Source: Sphaerodactylus townsendi (lineage: Eukaryota). From it: 64,000 nucleotides of DNA. Below, piece by piece: positions 11,539-24,300 of the stretch. Both the position numbers and the translations under genes were made by a program. Positions within the stretch are counted from its first letter, which is position 1; every line of letters starts with the position of its first letter. The DNA lies in the NCBI RefSeq assembly GCF_021028975.2, contig NC_059435.1, forward strand, positions 78,306,001 through 78,370,000, read 5' to 3'. Below the pieces are notes generated by a model. The model was not told the DNA's origin. It did not search any database and saw only the letters and a program-made list of their open reading frames with translations.

Positions 11539-13600
11539 CTTCCCCCAAAGACGGGCGCTGTGCAAGCAAAGACTGCGAGGGGAGGGAGCAGCGCGGCTCA
11601 TGCATGTATCGTGGACAGGAGCCCCCTCCCTACCCTCCAGGCTGCAGGAACCCTTTGCTGGGACCCACCTGGAACCGTGGCCTCTGCTGCTCCGTCCCCT
11701 GGCATGAGACTAGCGTGGCCGCTTGGGACGCCCGCCGGAAAAGACCTGTTCCTGCAGAAGCCTTCCTCAGAAGCAGAGTGGGCGCCTCCCTCCAGAAGCT
11801 TGCGCAGGGGGACCATTGTGCCAAGGACGTGGCTTCTCCCCACTGACCCCCTCCTCGTCCTCCCCAACACCATTTGTCCCCCCCACGGCCAGCAGAAGAA
11901 GGCCGGCCCACTTCAGCCGCCAGCTCTTCCTCCCCCCGCCCGGCACGTCTGGCTCTGCCATCACGAAAGAGACAGAGACGGTCGGGGAGGGCCGGGACAG
12001 CAGCCGTGCAAGTGTGTCTGTGGAGCCCCCCAACTCCTTAGGAAAGGTGGCTATGGAGGACATCCCCCCCCCCACCTACTGCATCGCAGACGTGGACTCA
12101 GTTAGCTCCGGAGCCGACAGGGACAGCAGAGGCGGTGCCCGCTCTTGCCTTCAAGCAGGTGGGCAGAAGCTAGAGCTGGGGGGGGGGGGGCTTGGCTCCC
12201 CGGGAGCCTCCCTGTCCTCAGCCAGCCTCTTGGGGCATCTCTGTCGTGGTGCTTCAGATGCTTGGATTATTCAAGTGATGAACTTCCTTCTCGAGAGAGG
12301 ATCTGACTGTACCAGGCTGGGGCAGAGCAGTGCGGCTGCAGCCAACGGAGGAGTCGCTGCAGAAGGGGCTGTTGTGAGAGAAGTCGGCTGGCACCAAGGC
12401 CCAGCAGGGCGGAGGGCGAGCCCCGTTGCTCTTGGCTGCCTGGAGCTGCAGGAAGGAGGATGTCGCAGGTGCCGGTGGGCTGGAAGGGGAAGGGCCGTTT
12501 GTCCTGTCAAATGGTGCGCTGTGGCCTCATGGGAGCGGCCAGGGACCAGGAGAGCAGCGGCCTGTGTGCTTCAAAAGCAGGGGGTGAGACTGCTGGGACA
12601 CCCCAGTGGGCTGAACTCCTTGAGCTGATGGTGATGCCGGAAGGCAGGCCTGACCCAGGAGCGGGAGGGGAGTCGCTCTTCCAGGCACCAGGGTGTGGGG
12701 TGTCCCGCTGCTGCCGCCCCTGCTCAGCAGTGCAGAAGTTCTCCTGGCGCTCCTCTTCCTCTCCTAAGCCCCTATTTGGCAGACAGCCTGGAAGTGTCTA
12801 AAGTGTAGATGGGGAGAGATGAAAGCGTTGACCAAAGAGGAGGGGGTGCCAATGGGCTTGGGGGGGGGTGCGCCCTCTAGTCATTCCTCTGCGTGGGCTA
12901 GCTGGGGGGAGAGCGGGTGCCTGAGGCGGCAGCAGAAGCACTTTACAAATGTCCCCACGTTCGCAGGCAGCCCTCTTGACCCCCCCCCCCCCGGTGCATT
13001 GTGGATGCTGCTTTGCCTGCTCTTTCCTTGTTGCTTCGGTCCAGAAGAGTCTGTCCTTGCCTGGCGGACAGAAGCCGTCTCCGTGCGTTGGCACAGTGGG
13101 CAGCCTGCTCAGTCTTGGTGACCGCAGGAGCCCAGGAGCAGGCAGGTGCCCAACCTGCCAGTCGAGCACCTGGTGAAGCCCCTGACCGGTGGGGGGGCGG
13201 GGGGGGAAGGAGTCTGTGCCTTAAGATCTCCGATTCTGGGTGGTGCCAGGTGGGCCCTGGCTGAGGGTGTGGGTGGGGAATCCTTGGCTGCAAACCAACC
13301 TGGGGCTCCAGGGCCAAGGAAGAGATGGGCAGGGGAGGAGGAGGGTCGGCAGCCCAGAGGACAGGGTGGCAGCCGCATCCCCACACATCGGCTCCTGGGG
13401 GTCTGGGCAGGCAAAGAGGGACACGGCTGAGCCCATTTCTGGTGCCCCGCTGGGAAGAGCGAGGGGGGCCAAGCGGCCCTGCTGTGCCCGAGAAGGGAGG
13501 AGGCGGAGGCTGGGCACAGACAGGCTCTCGGGCAAGCGGAGGGGTGGCCTCAGCTCTGCCATGTTTGGGAGCAGCTCAAGTATTTCCTGTACCCCTGGAG

Positions 13601-13723
13601 CATGGGTGTCCAGCTCTGGGGCTTCGGAAGTTCACGGACTACAATTCCCGGTTGGCCATGCCAGCAGGGGCTGATGGGAATTGTAGTCCACGAACATCTG
13701 AAGCCCCAGAGTTGGACACCCTG
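13601..13723. mobile_element. Short palindromic hAT-type MITE
   Basis: Inverted arms of about 45 bp: GGGTGTCCAGCTCTGGGGCTTC..GGACTACAATTCCC / GGGAATTGTAGTCC..GAAGCCCCAGAGTTGGACACCC. Confidence 0.8.
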
Positions 13724-15748
13724 CTCAAGAGTTTCCTAGCTTCTGGAGGCTGGCCTCTGCTTGCCAGGGCCTTGTGGGATGACTGACTGGGGGAAGTGCT
13801 TTGTGCCACTCAGAAGGCGACGTCCGAACATCCGCCGGTGCCAGCCCCCTCCCTCCCGACAAGGACGATGGAGTTGGGCTGTGCAGGTCCACAGGGCATC
13901 CTAACATCCCTTTGGCGCCTGGGGGGAGTGTTTGTGCCCTCCCTGCCCTGAGCCCGAATGGTCCCTCCCGGGCCAAATTAAGCCACCTGGGTTGTGTAAA
14001 AGCAACAGTCTGAAGCAAACCCCTCGTTTCGTTCTGACAGCGGGTGTCTGGAAACATTTCCAGAGGCCACATCTATGGCCCCAGATTAAAATGGGGGTGG
14101 GCTCTTCCAGTTCATGCAGCTGGGGTTTAGGACAGAGCAGCATGTGGTCACGTCTTTCAGGACCAGCAGGAAAGTCCACCCCTGACGGTCCAGGAAGCCA
14201 GAGGCGCAGTCGTTCCACTGCTTGCTGCTTCAGCCAACCTGGGGCTGGGCGGTGGGAGGGAGGGAGGGGGGGGTTGATTTCCAGGGACGATGGAATGGCC
14301 TCAGCTGCCAGCACCCCTTTCTGGAGGGAGCCGAGAGGCCACAGCTGCCCGTGGGTAAAGGAGAGCGGGGATGCTGGGAGTCCTTTCGGGGTGGCCCAGA
14401 TGGTTGGGTGCTGCCTGGTCCTTTGGCTGGAGCTGCTGCCGGGGCGTGGCCCTGCGTTCTTCCGCATGCCCAGCAGAGGCCCTCCCCTGGAGCTCCCCCC
14501 CCCAGGTGCTGGTGGTCCGCTGACCCCGCCTGCTCCCCCTGCAGCGTTCTGAAGTGCCCTGGCTGGGAGACGTTGAGGGTTTTGGCCTGCAGATAATTCT
14601 CCCTCAGGAGCTGCTGAGCCCCCTCTGGCCTGGGCGGTTGCCATGGGTGGCAGGCAGTGAGAGCCGGAAGGCAATTCCACTCCTTCTGCACCAAGTGAGC
14701 CCAGCGCAGCCGCCCTTCATGCCATCGACCCCTCCTCAAAATGGGGGAGCCGGGATTGGAGCAGAGGCTGCCTCCCATGGAGCAGGGAGGGCCGCAGGGC
14801 TGGGCACTTTGCACACCTCCCCCAGTCCCGTGGCTGTCGAGGTTCCACCGGCTGGGCAGGGGCTTCGGACGGGGGTGCTTGCCTTGGCCTTGCTGGGAAA
14901 AGCTGCCCCTGATGAATTCCTGCAGGGGCAAGCAGAAGGGAGGGGTGATGCTGCCAGTTTACCACTGCAGCTCCCCCGTGTGGGCCGATGTCCCTCGTGA
15001 CCACTGAGGGCAGCAGTTCTGGGGCTGTCGGAGGGCCCCTGACTCCGGCTAACTAATTCCACCCATGGCTGTCATTGCTCGCTTCCCACGCTTGCTGGCA
15101 TTTGCTGTCCAGAGTGTTGCATGAAGGTACGTATTCTGCGTTGTGGCCACTGGAGCGCCTGCCCTGCCTTCCGGGCTGAGAGCACACGTGCCCCGGGCAA
15201 GGTGAGGCCCCCCAAAGAGCGCCATCGTGGAAGTGAAGTGCATAAGGGGGGTCAGTCCTGTGCCACAGCCAGGGAACCTGTTAGCAAGACATCTGTTTTG
15301 TTGGCAGAAAAGCCCTCCAGCAGCGGCAGATCCATTGTGTGCGGAGGGGCTGTCCTTTGTGCCACCCTGCCAGGGTGTGCTTGCCACTTGGGGCTCAAAG
15401 ACCTGGTGGAGTAGATGGAGAGAGGAGGTGTCTTATCAGGCAGCGCTTGGCAGCCCCAGGACTTCCTGCCGTTCCCAACGGAATAGGGGGCAGAAGGGGC
15501 AGCCCAGTGGGAGAAACTGGCGCCCCCCTGGCTGCACTCGTCTCTTGTGTTCCTGGACAACCTTCCGTGGTGTGGGCAGGAGTCCCGCCAGCCCCACCCT
15601 GTGCCTGCACCCCTCCCCCACCTCTGCAAGTGGCCTCCGGAAACGCCATCCCATTAACCCTGACTGGCCCCTTAGGGCTATTCCAGATGTATTATTATTA
15701 TAATAATTATTATTATGTTTTATTATTTTCTGAGCTATGTTGGTTTGC

Positions 15749-15754
15749 AATAAA
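15749..15754 (+). terminator. Candidate poly(A) signal of ZNF gene 1
   Basis: AATAAA after an AT-rich patch and before a GT-rich tract, implying a 3' UTR of about 4.2 kb. Confidence 0.5.
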
Positions 15755-16429
15755 GGCTTTCTTACAGTTTGGGGAGGAGTGTTGTTCTTGTTTGCCCAAT
15801 GCTTGCTTCATCTCCAAGCTCTGGCTTGGTGGAGAAGGGGCTTTTGTGGGGCAGGGCAAGGAGGGGGACCCTGTGACCCAGAGGCAGCCAAAGGCCCTCT
15901 GTTCTCGGAAGCTGGTGGGGAGCAGCCGCTGAAGACCCTGCTGGTCATTTCGTCACTTGTGGGGCCACATAGACAGACGGCGGCTGTGTCTCTCCCCCAC
16001 CCCGGGGGCCCTTCAGATCTTGTCCACCCAGAGTTCCTTTGGGGTGAGGCTGTCACCGCTGGCCCAGGTGGGGAGGGGGTGTCTTTCAAGCTGCTCAGGA
16101 AGCCCCGGGCCCCGTGGGGAGGAGGCCTGCCCTGGGCTCCCTGGCAGGGCTTCAGAGGGAGAGGCTGCACGGTGGGTGGGTGGGCGGACGGGCGGGCGCC
16201 GTCTGCAGGTGAGCCTCTGAACGCAACTCTCAAGCGCACACCTTGGCCGGCCTCCCTGGCATCAGCTGGCTGCGCAGGGTGGAGGAGGCGGAGGCCCCCG
16301 CGGTGCACCTCCCACTTCCATTGAGCTGATGTCTCTGCCTCCCTCCTTCCCCGGGGGCAGCAGGGGGGCTTCCGCCCAACCAGTGTTCCTGCCTGGCAGG
16401 GGGTTGGACGGGGGGGGGGGGGGTCTCCT

Positions 16430-16709
16430 CCAACTCTATGATTCTACGTGCGGGCGGGGTTGGGGGCCTCCTTCCTCCGGGCAGCAGAACTACAGTTCCC
16501 AGCGTGCAGTGCGGGAGTATAAATCTTCAAAGGCTAACAAAAGAGCAGCCGGTGAACCTGACAAGCGGGCAGGAAGAGCCGCGGCTGGCCGCGACCGGGG
16601 CGCCGGCCTCCCTCCCTCCTCGGGCCTCCTGCGCAGGGGGGGCTGCGGCAAAGCCCCCTCCGGGGGCCCGGCGGCGACGGCACGACCCTTCTTTGCAGCC
16701 GGGGGCGAG
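16430..16709 (+). promoter_or_regulatory. CpG-island promoter of REPIN1-like gene
   Basis: GC box, ZNF143 motif AACTACAGTTCCCAGCGTGCA (16488-16508), TATAAA at 16518. Confidence 0.7.
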
Positions 16710-16733
16710 ATGGCCGGAGGGAGGCTCGCCCAA
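16710..16733 (+). CDS. REPIN1: REPIN1-like, first coding exon MAGGRLAQ
   Basis: gagATGG context and a phase-0 donor CAA|GTAGGC; the short MA...AQ leader is typical of KRAB-ZNF genes. Confidence 0.6.
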
Positions 16734-17444
16734 GTAGGCCCGGTGACCCCCGGACAGGCTGGGGAGGGAGGGTGGGTGGGGTGGGCCCCCTGCCTACTGC
16801 CCCCAACGGGGGGGGGCGGGGGCTCCGGAGAAACTGGCGGCGCCCTCTGCAGCATTCGCACAGATGAGAGGGGGGAGGGCAGTAAGAGGAGCAAGCCCCC
16901 GGTGGCTCCCCAGGCCTTAGGCGAGCAGGGAAGGGGCCGTGGCGCACGTGTCCCTGACTCCCTGGGCGGGGGTCGCAGCAAGAGGCTGGCCAGCCGTGGG
17001 CATTGCCACCCCTAAGGGGAGGGGGAGACGCAGAGCCCCGCTTGGCATCGCCCCCCCCCCCCCCACTCCCGGTTCTCTTCTGGGCCGGGCCAAGCGGGCT
17101 CTGCTGGGTTCGCAGGAGGGCGGGGGGAGGTTTGGATTCTTCATTCAGGAAGGGGAACCTGCAGGGCGGGCCTTGCTCATCTGCTTGGGATCTGGAGGCA
17201 CAGAGGATCCTTTGGGATCTGCCCTCGGCCCCTCCCTGTTTGCAGCCACCTTCGGACGTTTCCGGCTGGTCTTTGTCGCAACCCGCGACCAGGTCAGAGA
17301 GCCGAGAGACAAAGAGTCCCCCGAGGGGCGCAGGGCTCAGTTCGCTGCGCGGAGGGGGGCCAAGAGGCCGTCCTGGGGGCAGCCGGCCTGATCTCTTCAC
17401 AGACATATAGGCAAGAAATGCTGAAAAATGCCCCGGGTCACTGA

Positions 17445-17700
17445 TTATTGGTTGTGGTGGGTTTTCCGGGCTGTGTGGCCGTGGTCTGGTAGATCTTGTT
17501 CCTAATGTTTCACCTGCTGGCATATGTGGCTGGCATCTTCAGAGTTGTGTGTGCGTAGCACTTCTGGATTCACACACACCTCTGAGGATGCCCGCCATAG
17601 ATGCAGGTGAAACATTAAGAAGATCTACCAGACCACGGCCACACAGCCCGGAAAACCCACAACCACCAGTTGAACCTGGCCGTGAAAGCCTTCAACAAGA
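17445..17700. mobile_element. Penelope-like element pseudo-LTR pair in inverted orientation
   Basis: Long inverted repeat (ggttttccgggctgtgtggccgtggtctggtagatct / agatctaccagaccacggccacacagcccggaaaacc) with CTGA-N-GA...GAAAC cores. Confidence 0.8.
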
Positions 17701-17717
17701 CTACCGGCCACCTTCAG

Positions 17718-17783
17718 GAGCCTTGTTGTCTTGGTTGGAGCTCAGCCCAGGAGCACCTTAGAGACCAGAGAGACGTCCGGCAG
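17718..17783 (+). CDS. REPIN1: REPIN1-like, putative 66-nt phase-0 exon
   Basis: ttcag|GAG...CAG|GTGAGC, open frame EPCCLGWSSAQEHLRDQRDVRQ. Confidence 0.45.
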
Positions 17784-17975
17784 GTGAGCTTTCAAGAGAC
17801 AAAGGTCCCTGTCAGATCATTCTCGGAAGCTCATGCCCCCAAAATACTTCACTGGTTGCTGAGGTGCTCCTGGGCTCGAACCTGCTTCTTGTACTGCAGG
17901 CCAGCCGGGCATCCTCTGAAACTATCTCCATCCAGGTGTAGTGGAGGGCCTCGGCAGGCACCAGTCTGGCCCTAG

Positions 17976-18188
<213 letters not shown>

Positions 18189-18981
18189 TAGCTGCCCTTT
18201 GGGGAATCGTGTTTTTAACACAGGTAGAAATGTAATGCCTTTAGAGTGGTTTGCAGCCCACTCTGATGGTTGGAAGATAGCTTTAAAAGGGGGCTAGATG
18301 GATTCGTGGAGGGGGGGGGAGGAGGAGAGGTCTGGACGTTGTGTCTGAAGAGAACCTCCGCACCCAGAGCGAATCAGCCTCTACATCCCAAGGCCAGCAA
18401 ACAACTGCGGGGGAAGGCCTCGGCTCCTGTGCCCGGTGGCTGGACCTCCGGAGGAGCTGGTTGGCCGTTGGGCGAGACGGGATGCTGGGCAAGGTGGACC
18501 CTCCCTGGTCTGACCCAGCAGGGCTCTTTGTGATCAGTGCTGAGACATCCCAAAAAACAAAGCGGAGCCAAAGGCAACTTCAGGCCCCTTCTTGCTCCCA
18601 GGTACCGTGAGGGGCAGAGAGCTGGTCCTTCTCTCTTCCCAAGTGGAGGTGCTGACTGCACTCTGCAACACCAGCGCCAGCAGGCCAGGTGGGCTGAGGT
18701 TGGCCCTGCAGTCCCTATACGGGCAGCCCCAGAGCTGCTGCCCTGGGGGTGGACTTTTGAGCATGTAGAGGAAGCATTGGGGATCAAGAGTTAATCCCCA
18801 GCATCCTATGCACCACTGTGGGCCTTGCTTGGCTCCTGGGGCCCCGCTGGGGCTTGGGCTGGTTCCACACTCAGTGGCCTGCCATAACCCAGCAGGGCAC
18901 AAGCTCCACAGTCAGGCCGACAGAGTCAGCCAGGGTTGGGGCGTCTGTTCTCATGCTGCCCATCTGCCCCTCTCTCTGCAG

Positions 18982-19065
18982 AATGCCTGCTCTCCATTCC
19001 TGCTCTTCTGTCCCGGCTGGCCCAACGGGAGGCCCAGTATGCTGCAGGAAACAGCAGCTCCCCAG
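18982..19065 (+). CDS. REPIN1: REPIN1-like, divergent KRAB-B exon
   Basis: Phase 1-1 exon ECLLSIPALLSRLAQREAQY..., donor CCAG|GTAAGG. Confidence 0.75.
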
Positions 19066-19460
19066 GTAAGGGCTTGGAACACTGCACTTTGTCAGGGGCT
19101 GTGGCGGGTGTGCATGTGTGTTGGCTCTTCTGCACTCTTTCCCCCTGATGCTCTGGCCTCACAGAGGAAGTCCAGGGGGTGGGGGGTGGGAAGGGCCTGC
19201 TGCTCCCTGTTGCTGGCGGGCTGGTGCAGGAGGCAGAAATGCTTGAGCCAAGTGGCCTTTGAGGCTGAATCTCTGGGCAGAGAGCCTCAGGCGGAGGGTG
19301 GGACGCCTCAGAGAGAGATTTGGTGGTCTCAAGTCGGCACCGGGAGCAGCAGCCGCCTATTTGTTTTTATTTATTTATAATATTAGTAGTTCTTTATTTG
19401 GCTTTTACCCTGCCCTCTTATCTGGTCGATTCCTTCCTTACAGAGTGTAAGAAATATATA

Positions 19461-19547
19461 GATAGAAATATATAAAGTGCATACAAATTACGATAGAAAT
19501 ATATAAAGTGCATACAAATTACGATAGAAATATATAAAGTGCATACA
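19461..19547. repeat. 31-bp tandem repeat, about 2.8 copies
   Basis: GATAGAAATATATAAAGTGCATACAAATTAC starts at 19461, 19492 and 19523. Confidence 0.9.
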
Positions 19548-20025
19548 CATACATAAAATACAAATACGTAAAACCAAATTTTGAAATGACATTTTAGGAC
19601 TGTTCTAATAAATGCTGTCATGAATAAAGGTCTCTTCAGCTGCCTCCTGAAGTGAGGGGAGCCGGTCCATTTCCCTGGGCAGCTTGTTCTATAATCGGGG
19701 GCTGCCACTGAACAGGCCCTGTCTCATGTGCCTACCAAATGAGCATCTTGGGTCGAGGGGCCTTGGTCTTACTTTGTGGAGGAGATCCTGCCCTTCAGAA
19801 CAAAGTCCACGGGATGGGCAGCCAGTGTGATTGTTCTAACGTGTGGGTCACAGCCTGTAGGGTCAGGGTTCCATCTAGGGAAATGGGAGGGAGCTAATTG
19901 GAAGCCTGGCTGTATTGTCATTTTCCGCTGCTAGCCTGTCCATCAGTAAGCCTGAGCCGTAGCATGTGGCCTCCTCTGCAGGGTTGTGGAGACCAGCCTG
20001 TGACATTTCCCTTGTCTCCTTGCAG

Positions 20026-21503
20026 TCAATGGAGCACCGAGTCCTAAACGGGAAATGCGAGGGTCCCCTGCGCTTCCTGACATGCCGCGCTGCCTGTTGC
20101 GGGGGACCCTTTCTCGCCATTCCAGGACTGCAGGGAAGAGGCGCAAGAGGACCAGGTCCCAGGGCAGGCGGAGGCCAACCGAGGCAGGCCGGACATCCGG
20201 GGACACTGAAAAAACGCAACGAGGTCGGAAGAGAGAGAAGCCCTATAAGTGCCCCCGGTGCCAGCGGAGCTTCCGGAGTCGCCTGGCCTTGACTGCCCAC
20301 CGGCGTCTTCACATGCAAAAGTGGCCCCGGCTGTCCCTGCAGAGCGGAGCACACTCCTCCACCACGCCAGATGTCGCTGTGCCTCAGGAGGGCCCCCTTG
20401 GCAGCAGCTCCGGCCACGTCCCTGGGCCCGGCCCCCAAGAGGAGGGCACCCTGCCCTTCTGGCCTGAGATGGCTCTGCACCAACAGGCCCCTGCGGCCCA
20501 CAGCTTCAACCCCTGGGCTCTCGGCTACGGACCACAGCCCTTGCCGGGACCCCAGGCTCCAGGGCTGCACGGCAGCGGAGAGTTCATCTGTGACCAGTGT
20601 GGCTGGAGCTTCCACGGGTGGGAGGAGCTGGTCACACACCAGTTGGTCCACATGGCAGCGGAAGGGATCGCGGGGTCAGTGCCCAAAGCGGGAGCCTTGG
20701 CCCAGCTGGCCAGCGACCGGCCTTACGCCTGCACCCAATGCGGGAAGAGCTTCCGGCACAAGCCCAACCTCCTGGCCCATCGGCAAGTCCACACGGGCGA
20801 GCGGCGCTACCAGTGCCCGGAGTGCGGCAAGTCCTTCGGCAGCAAGGCCTACTTGGCTTCCCATCAGCACATCCACACCGGGGAGAAGCCGTATGTCTGC
20901 GGCCAGTGCGGCAAGAGCTTCCGCCACAAGCCCAACCTCCTTTCCCACCAGAAGATCCACACCCGAGACCCTTTCCCACAGAGCCACCCACTGGACAGCT
21001 TGAACGGGGAGCACTTCCCGGCCCCGCGCCCGGTGGCGGACTCCCTCGGGACAGAGGCGTTCCAAGCCCACCGGCCCCCGCTGGGCACCCAGGTCCCCTG
21101 CTTCCCAAACGACACCCTGGTGCCTCAGCCGCCGAGTTCTCTGCCTGCGAATTCTCAGCCCCTGCTTGCGATCGACCGTCCCTTCGTCTGTCCGGTCTGC
21201 GCCAAGCAGTTCCGCTGCAAGCCCTACTTGGTGGCTCACATTCGAATCCACACGGGGGAGAAGCCATACGCCTGCAGCCGCTGCCCCAAGCGCTTCTCCC
21301 AGAAGTCCAACCTGGTGTCCCATGAGCGCCTCCACACGGGGGAGAAGCCGTACGCCTGCCCGCTCTGCCCCCGGGTCTTCAGCCAAGGCTCCAACATGCG
21401 CGCTCATCAGCGCAGTCACCGGAATGTCAGCACCACCACCCATGAGGCGGATGGCCGCCTTCTCCAGGGCTATTCGGCCCGCCAGGTGCAGCCGCCTGAC
21501 TAG
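20026..21503 (+). CDS. REPIN1: REPIN1 orthologue, zinc-finger exon with 8 C2H2 fingers
   Basis: Phase-1 acceptor ttgcag|TC in frame with ORF 20055. Fingers FRHKPNL-x-FRHKPNLLSH and DRPFVCP..KPYL-QKSNLVSH match recalled REPIN1, and it lies directly upstream of ZNF775. Spliced model is about 592 aa. Confidence 0.85.
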
Positions 21504-22564
21504 GCCCCCTGCTGAAAGGCCCCCTGCGAGCCCCCCGGTCCACGAAGCACAGCCTCCTTGCCTCCCACGGCCCCAACGCCTCCTGGCCACCTTGTTTTCC
21601 CGGAAGGCTGGGAGTGCGCAGCTAGAGATGCACAAAACTCCCTCTGAGACATTCTGCAGCATCCTACTCAAATTCTTGTTCCAGCTCGAGCAAGGTCCCC
21701 CTCTCCCTTTTACAGGTGAAGGACACCCAGGTAGGGCTAAGCCTTTTTTGTGATGTGCGGGGAGCAACTCTGGCACTCGTAAGGGCAGAAATGCACTCTG
21801 CAGAAGTTCAGATAACTGGTTCTCCATGATGATTACATCGCGTTTTCTTGCCATTGAGGCCTGGTGAATCATTGCTGAGGCTTACTCTGGCCAGAGGGTG
21901 GAAGGCTCTTTGGGAGCGAGGGGCAGAGGCCAGTGTCCCCGTTAGGGAGAGCAGAGCACCCCCAAGCCAGCGGGGAAAGAGCGGAGAAGCAATTGGGACT
22001 TTGGCGCTGAAGACGGGAGCCCTCGCCGCTGTCCTCTGGGCAGCCTCAATCCCAAGGCAGCGGCCGGACGCAGGGGCAGGCTCTGGCCAAGGGCTCCGTT
22101 TAGCACTGCTCACGGTAGATTGTTAAACTAGCCAACAAGCCATCACTCCTTCACCTTTTTCCTAAATGGAACAATTCCCTGCACAAGCAGGCTTTTGCAA
22201 ATGGAAGCAGTCATGCCTGTAGCCCTTGTCGCCGGGCAGACAATGTTGGGGACCTGCCAGCCGGACAAGCACAAGGAGTCTTGCATGGCAGCCAGCCACA
22301 CCTTCATTCCTTCTGACCCCGACTTCACCTCCCCGCCCCCCACATCTGACATACTTGCACTGCTGCACCAATGCATGCCTACGCCTGGCTGGCATCATCG
22401 TCTCTAGCAAGCTCAGAGCTGGGATGTGGGAAACTCCCAGCACAAAGAAATGGCACCACCCGAGACCCCTGTGGCTTCCAGGGGCGCTGGTTTGGGCAGA
22501 AGGAAGCGCCTGCTTTTTACCCCCACCTAAGCTAGTCTGGTTCCTGTTGTATCCACTTTAAAGA

Positions 22565-22570
22565 AATAAA
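22565..22570 (+). terminator. Candidate poly(A) signal of REPIN1-like gene
   Basis: AATAAA about 1.06 kb after the stop and before the next CpG island. Confidence 0.55.
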
Positions 22571-22899
22571 GTTGGTAGATGGCAGTTTGGAAGAGCGGAA
22601 GTGTTTGCAGCCTGGTGTGACGCCGGAGGGGGCAGCATTGGGAGGGTGGTTTAGAACCTCCCCTTCGAGAGAAGTCCAGCGGATGTGGGGAGAAGCGGGG
22701 CCCCGGGAGCCAGAGCTCCTCTGAGGGAGAGCAGAGTGCCTCCTTCCCAGCAGGGCCAGAAATCCTCGGCCTGGCCAGAAGACCTCTCCCTCTCTCTCTG
22801 CAGAAGGAGCCCACCTGTTGCCACGCCCCAGAGCTTCCCCAGGGTCTCCCTGAGCCAAGGAGGCCCCCTTCCTGCTCCCCTTCCCCGCAAGGGCGGCTG

Positions 22900-24300
22900 G
22901 GTGACGACGGGGGAGGCGGGCCTGGCCTAGGGTAGTAGCCCCCGGGGCCCCGCAGCTGCAGGGAGGGGGGGGCAGCTCCTCCGCCTCCTTATCCCCGGGC
23001 GGTGGGTGCGGAAGCTTGCGGGGCCGCCCTGAGCTCACGCCCGCGCCAGGCAGGTGGGCTCCGCGGGGCTGGGCGCCTGGCTGGAGGGGCCCTCGAGACG
23101 CCGCCGATCCGGGCGAGAGGGAGGCACGTGCAGAGCTGCCCCGGACTGCCTTGGGCCGGGCGGGAGGGGGGGTGTCCCCTGCAGGCCCACCCTGCGAGGC
23201 TGCTGTTCTGCCCGCGGTCTCCTCCCACCTGCAGGCCGGGGCAGCAGGACTCGGCCCCTCCCTCTCGCGTCTCCGGCGAAGGGGGCGCTGAGCCGCGGCT
23301 GGACATTTGGCCCCGCCCCCACTGGTCCGCCGCCCGTGGGAGCGCAAGGGTTAAGGAGCGGCCGAGGAGGAGGGGCGAGGTGCTCCCGCCGCCTCCCGAT
23401 TGGCCCGCTCCTCCTCCAGTCCCACTGGCCCAGCGGAGGGGGGGGGGCGCGCAGCCAATAGGCGGCGGCGGCAGCGGCAGCCGGTGCCCCCTACGACCCT
23501 GCTCGCTCCGCCCTTCTTTGCCGGAGTGACCGTCGGCGCAGCCAATCGCGGAGGCGGACCTGCCGAGGGGAGGCTGGCCTTTGCTGCCCCGGCTGGCGGA
23601 GCTTCCCCGGCCGCTGGGTCCGCCGCGGGGGGCGCCTTCGGTGGGTCTCCCGGCAGCGGGAGGGGAGGCGGGGCGGGGCGGAGAGGGCTAAGCAGCCCGT
23701 CGGGGCGGGCGGGCGGGGGGTTCGTTTTCTGGAGGCGCCCCCCCTTCCCCGGTGGCCGCAGCTGCAGCCCTTGGCGACCCCGGCTCGAATCCGCCCTCCT
23801 GCCGCGGAAGCTCACGGGGCGACCCTGGGCTGGTCTGGAACACCCCGCTCGGCCCACCTCGCAGGGCTGTGGTGGCGAGGAAAAGCAGAAGGGAAGAGGG
23901 ACGTCGTTCTGGCGGCCGCTGTGAGGCTCCGCGGGGTGGCGGGGGAGAACTGCGTGCCCGCCTGTCCGGGCTGGCTAAGCGGAGCCGGGCGCCTGCCCAG
24001 GCCTGGTCTCTTGGGGGCCGCAGATGGGGAAAGTTGCCGAGTCTCCCGGGGGGGGGGGGGGGGGGTTGCTCCGAGGAGCTCCTTGCTGCCGAGGGGTCCT
24101 TTCTGGCTCCTGCACACCTGTCCACCTGACGCCCCGCCGCGCTGCTTCAACGCCGCGGCAGAGGGCCCGCACGCACCTGTTTGCTGCCTTGGATTGGGGC
24201 GGAGGGGTCTGGCTCGGGGGGGCGGGGTCAAACTCCTCTGTTACGAGAACCAGACATGGCCGGGCTGTCACTTGGTTGGCCCGGGCGCTGGGGTGGGGGT
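22900..24300 (+). promoter_or_regulatory. CpG island, probable ZNF775 promoter
   Basis: Very CpG-rich, with three CCAAT boxes (~23398 reverse, ~23455, ~23542) and GC boxes. Confidence 0.7.

Noticed and set aside
9562-11601. Long antisense and alternate-frame ORFs over ZNF exons (also 20676-21872 and 28658-30046)
   Set aside because: Expected from high GC3 codon use in C2H2 arrays.
11539-15700. Many 100-300 aa ORFs downstream of ZNF gene 1
   Set aside because: GC-rich probable 3' UTR, with no motifs or consistent exon structure.
19461-19547. Direct repeats as a CRISPR-like array (also ~61755-61822)
   Set aside because: Head-to-tail repeats with no spacers in a vertebrate genome.
24047-24066. 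Poly-G and poly-C runs throughout the window as G-quadruplex signals
   Set aside because: Common background here, and homopolymer lengths are unreliable.
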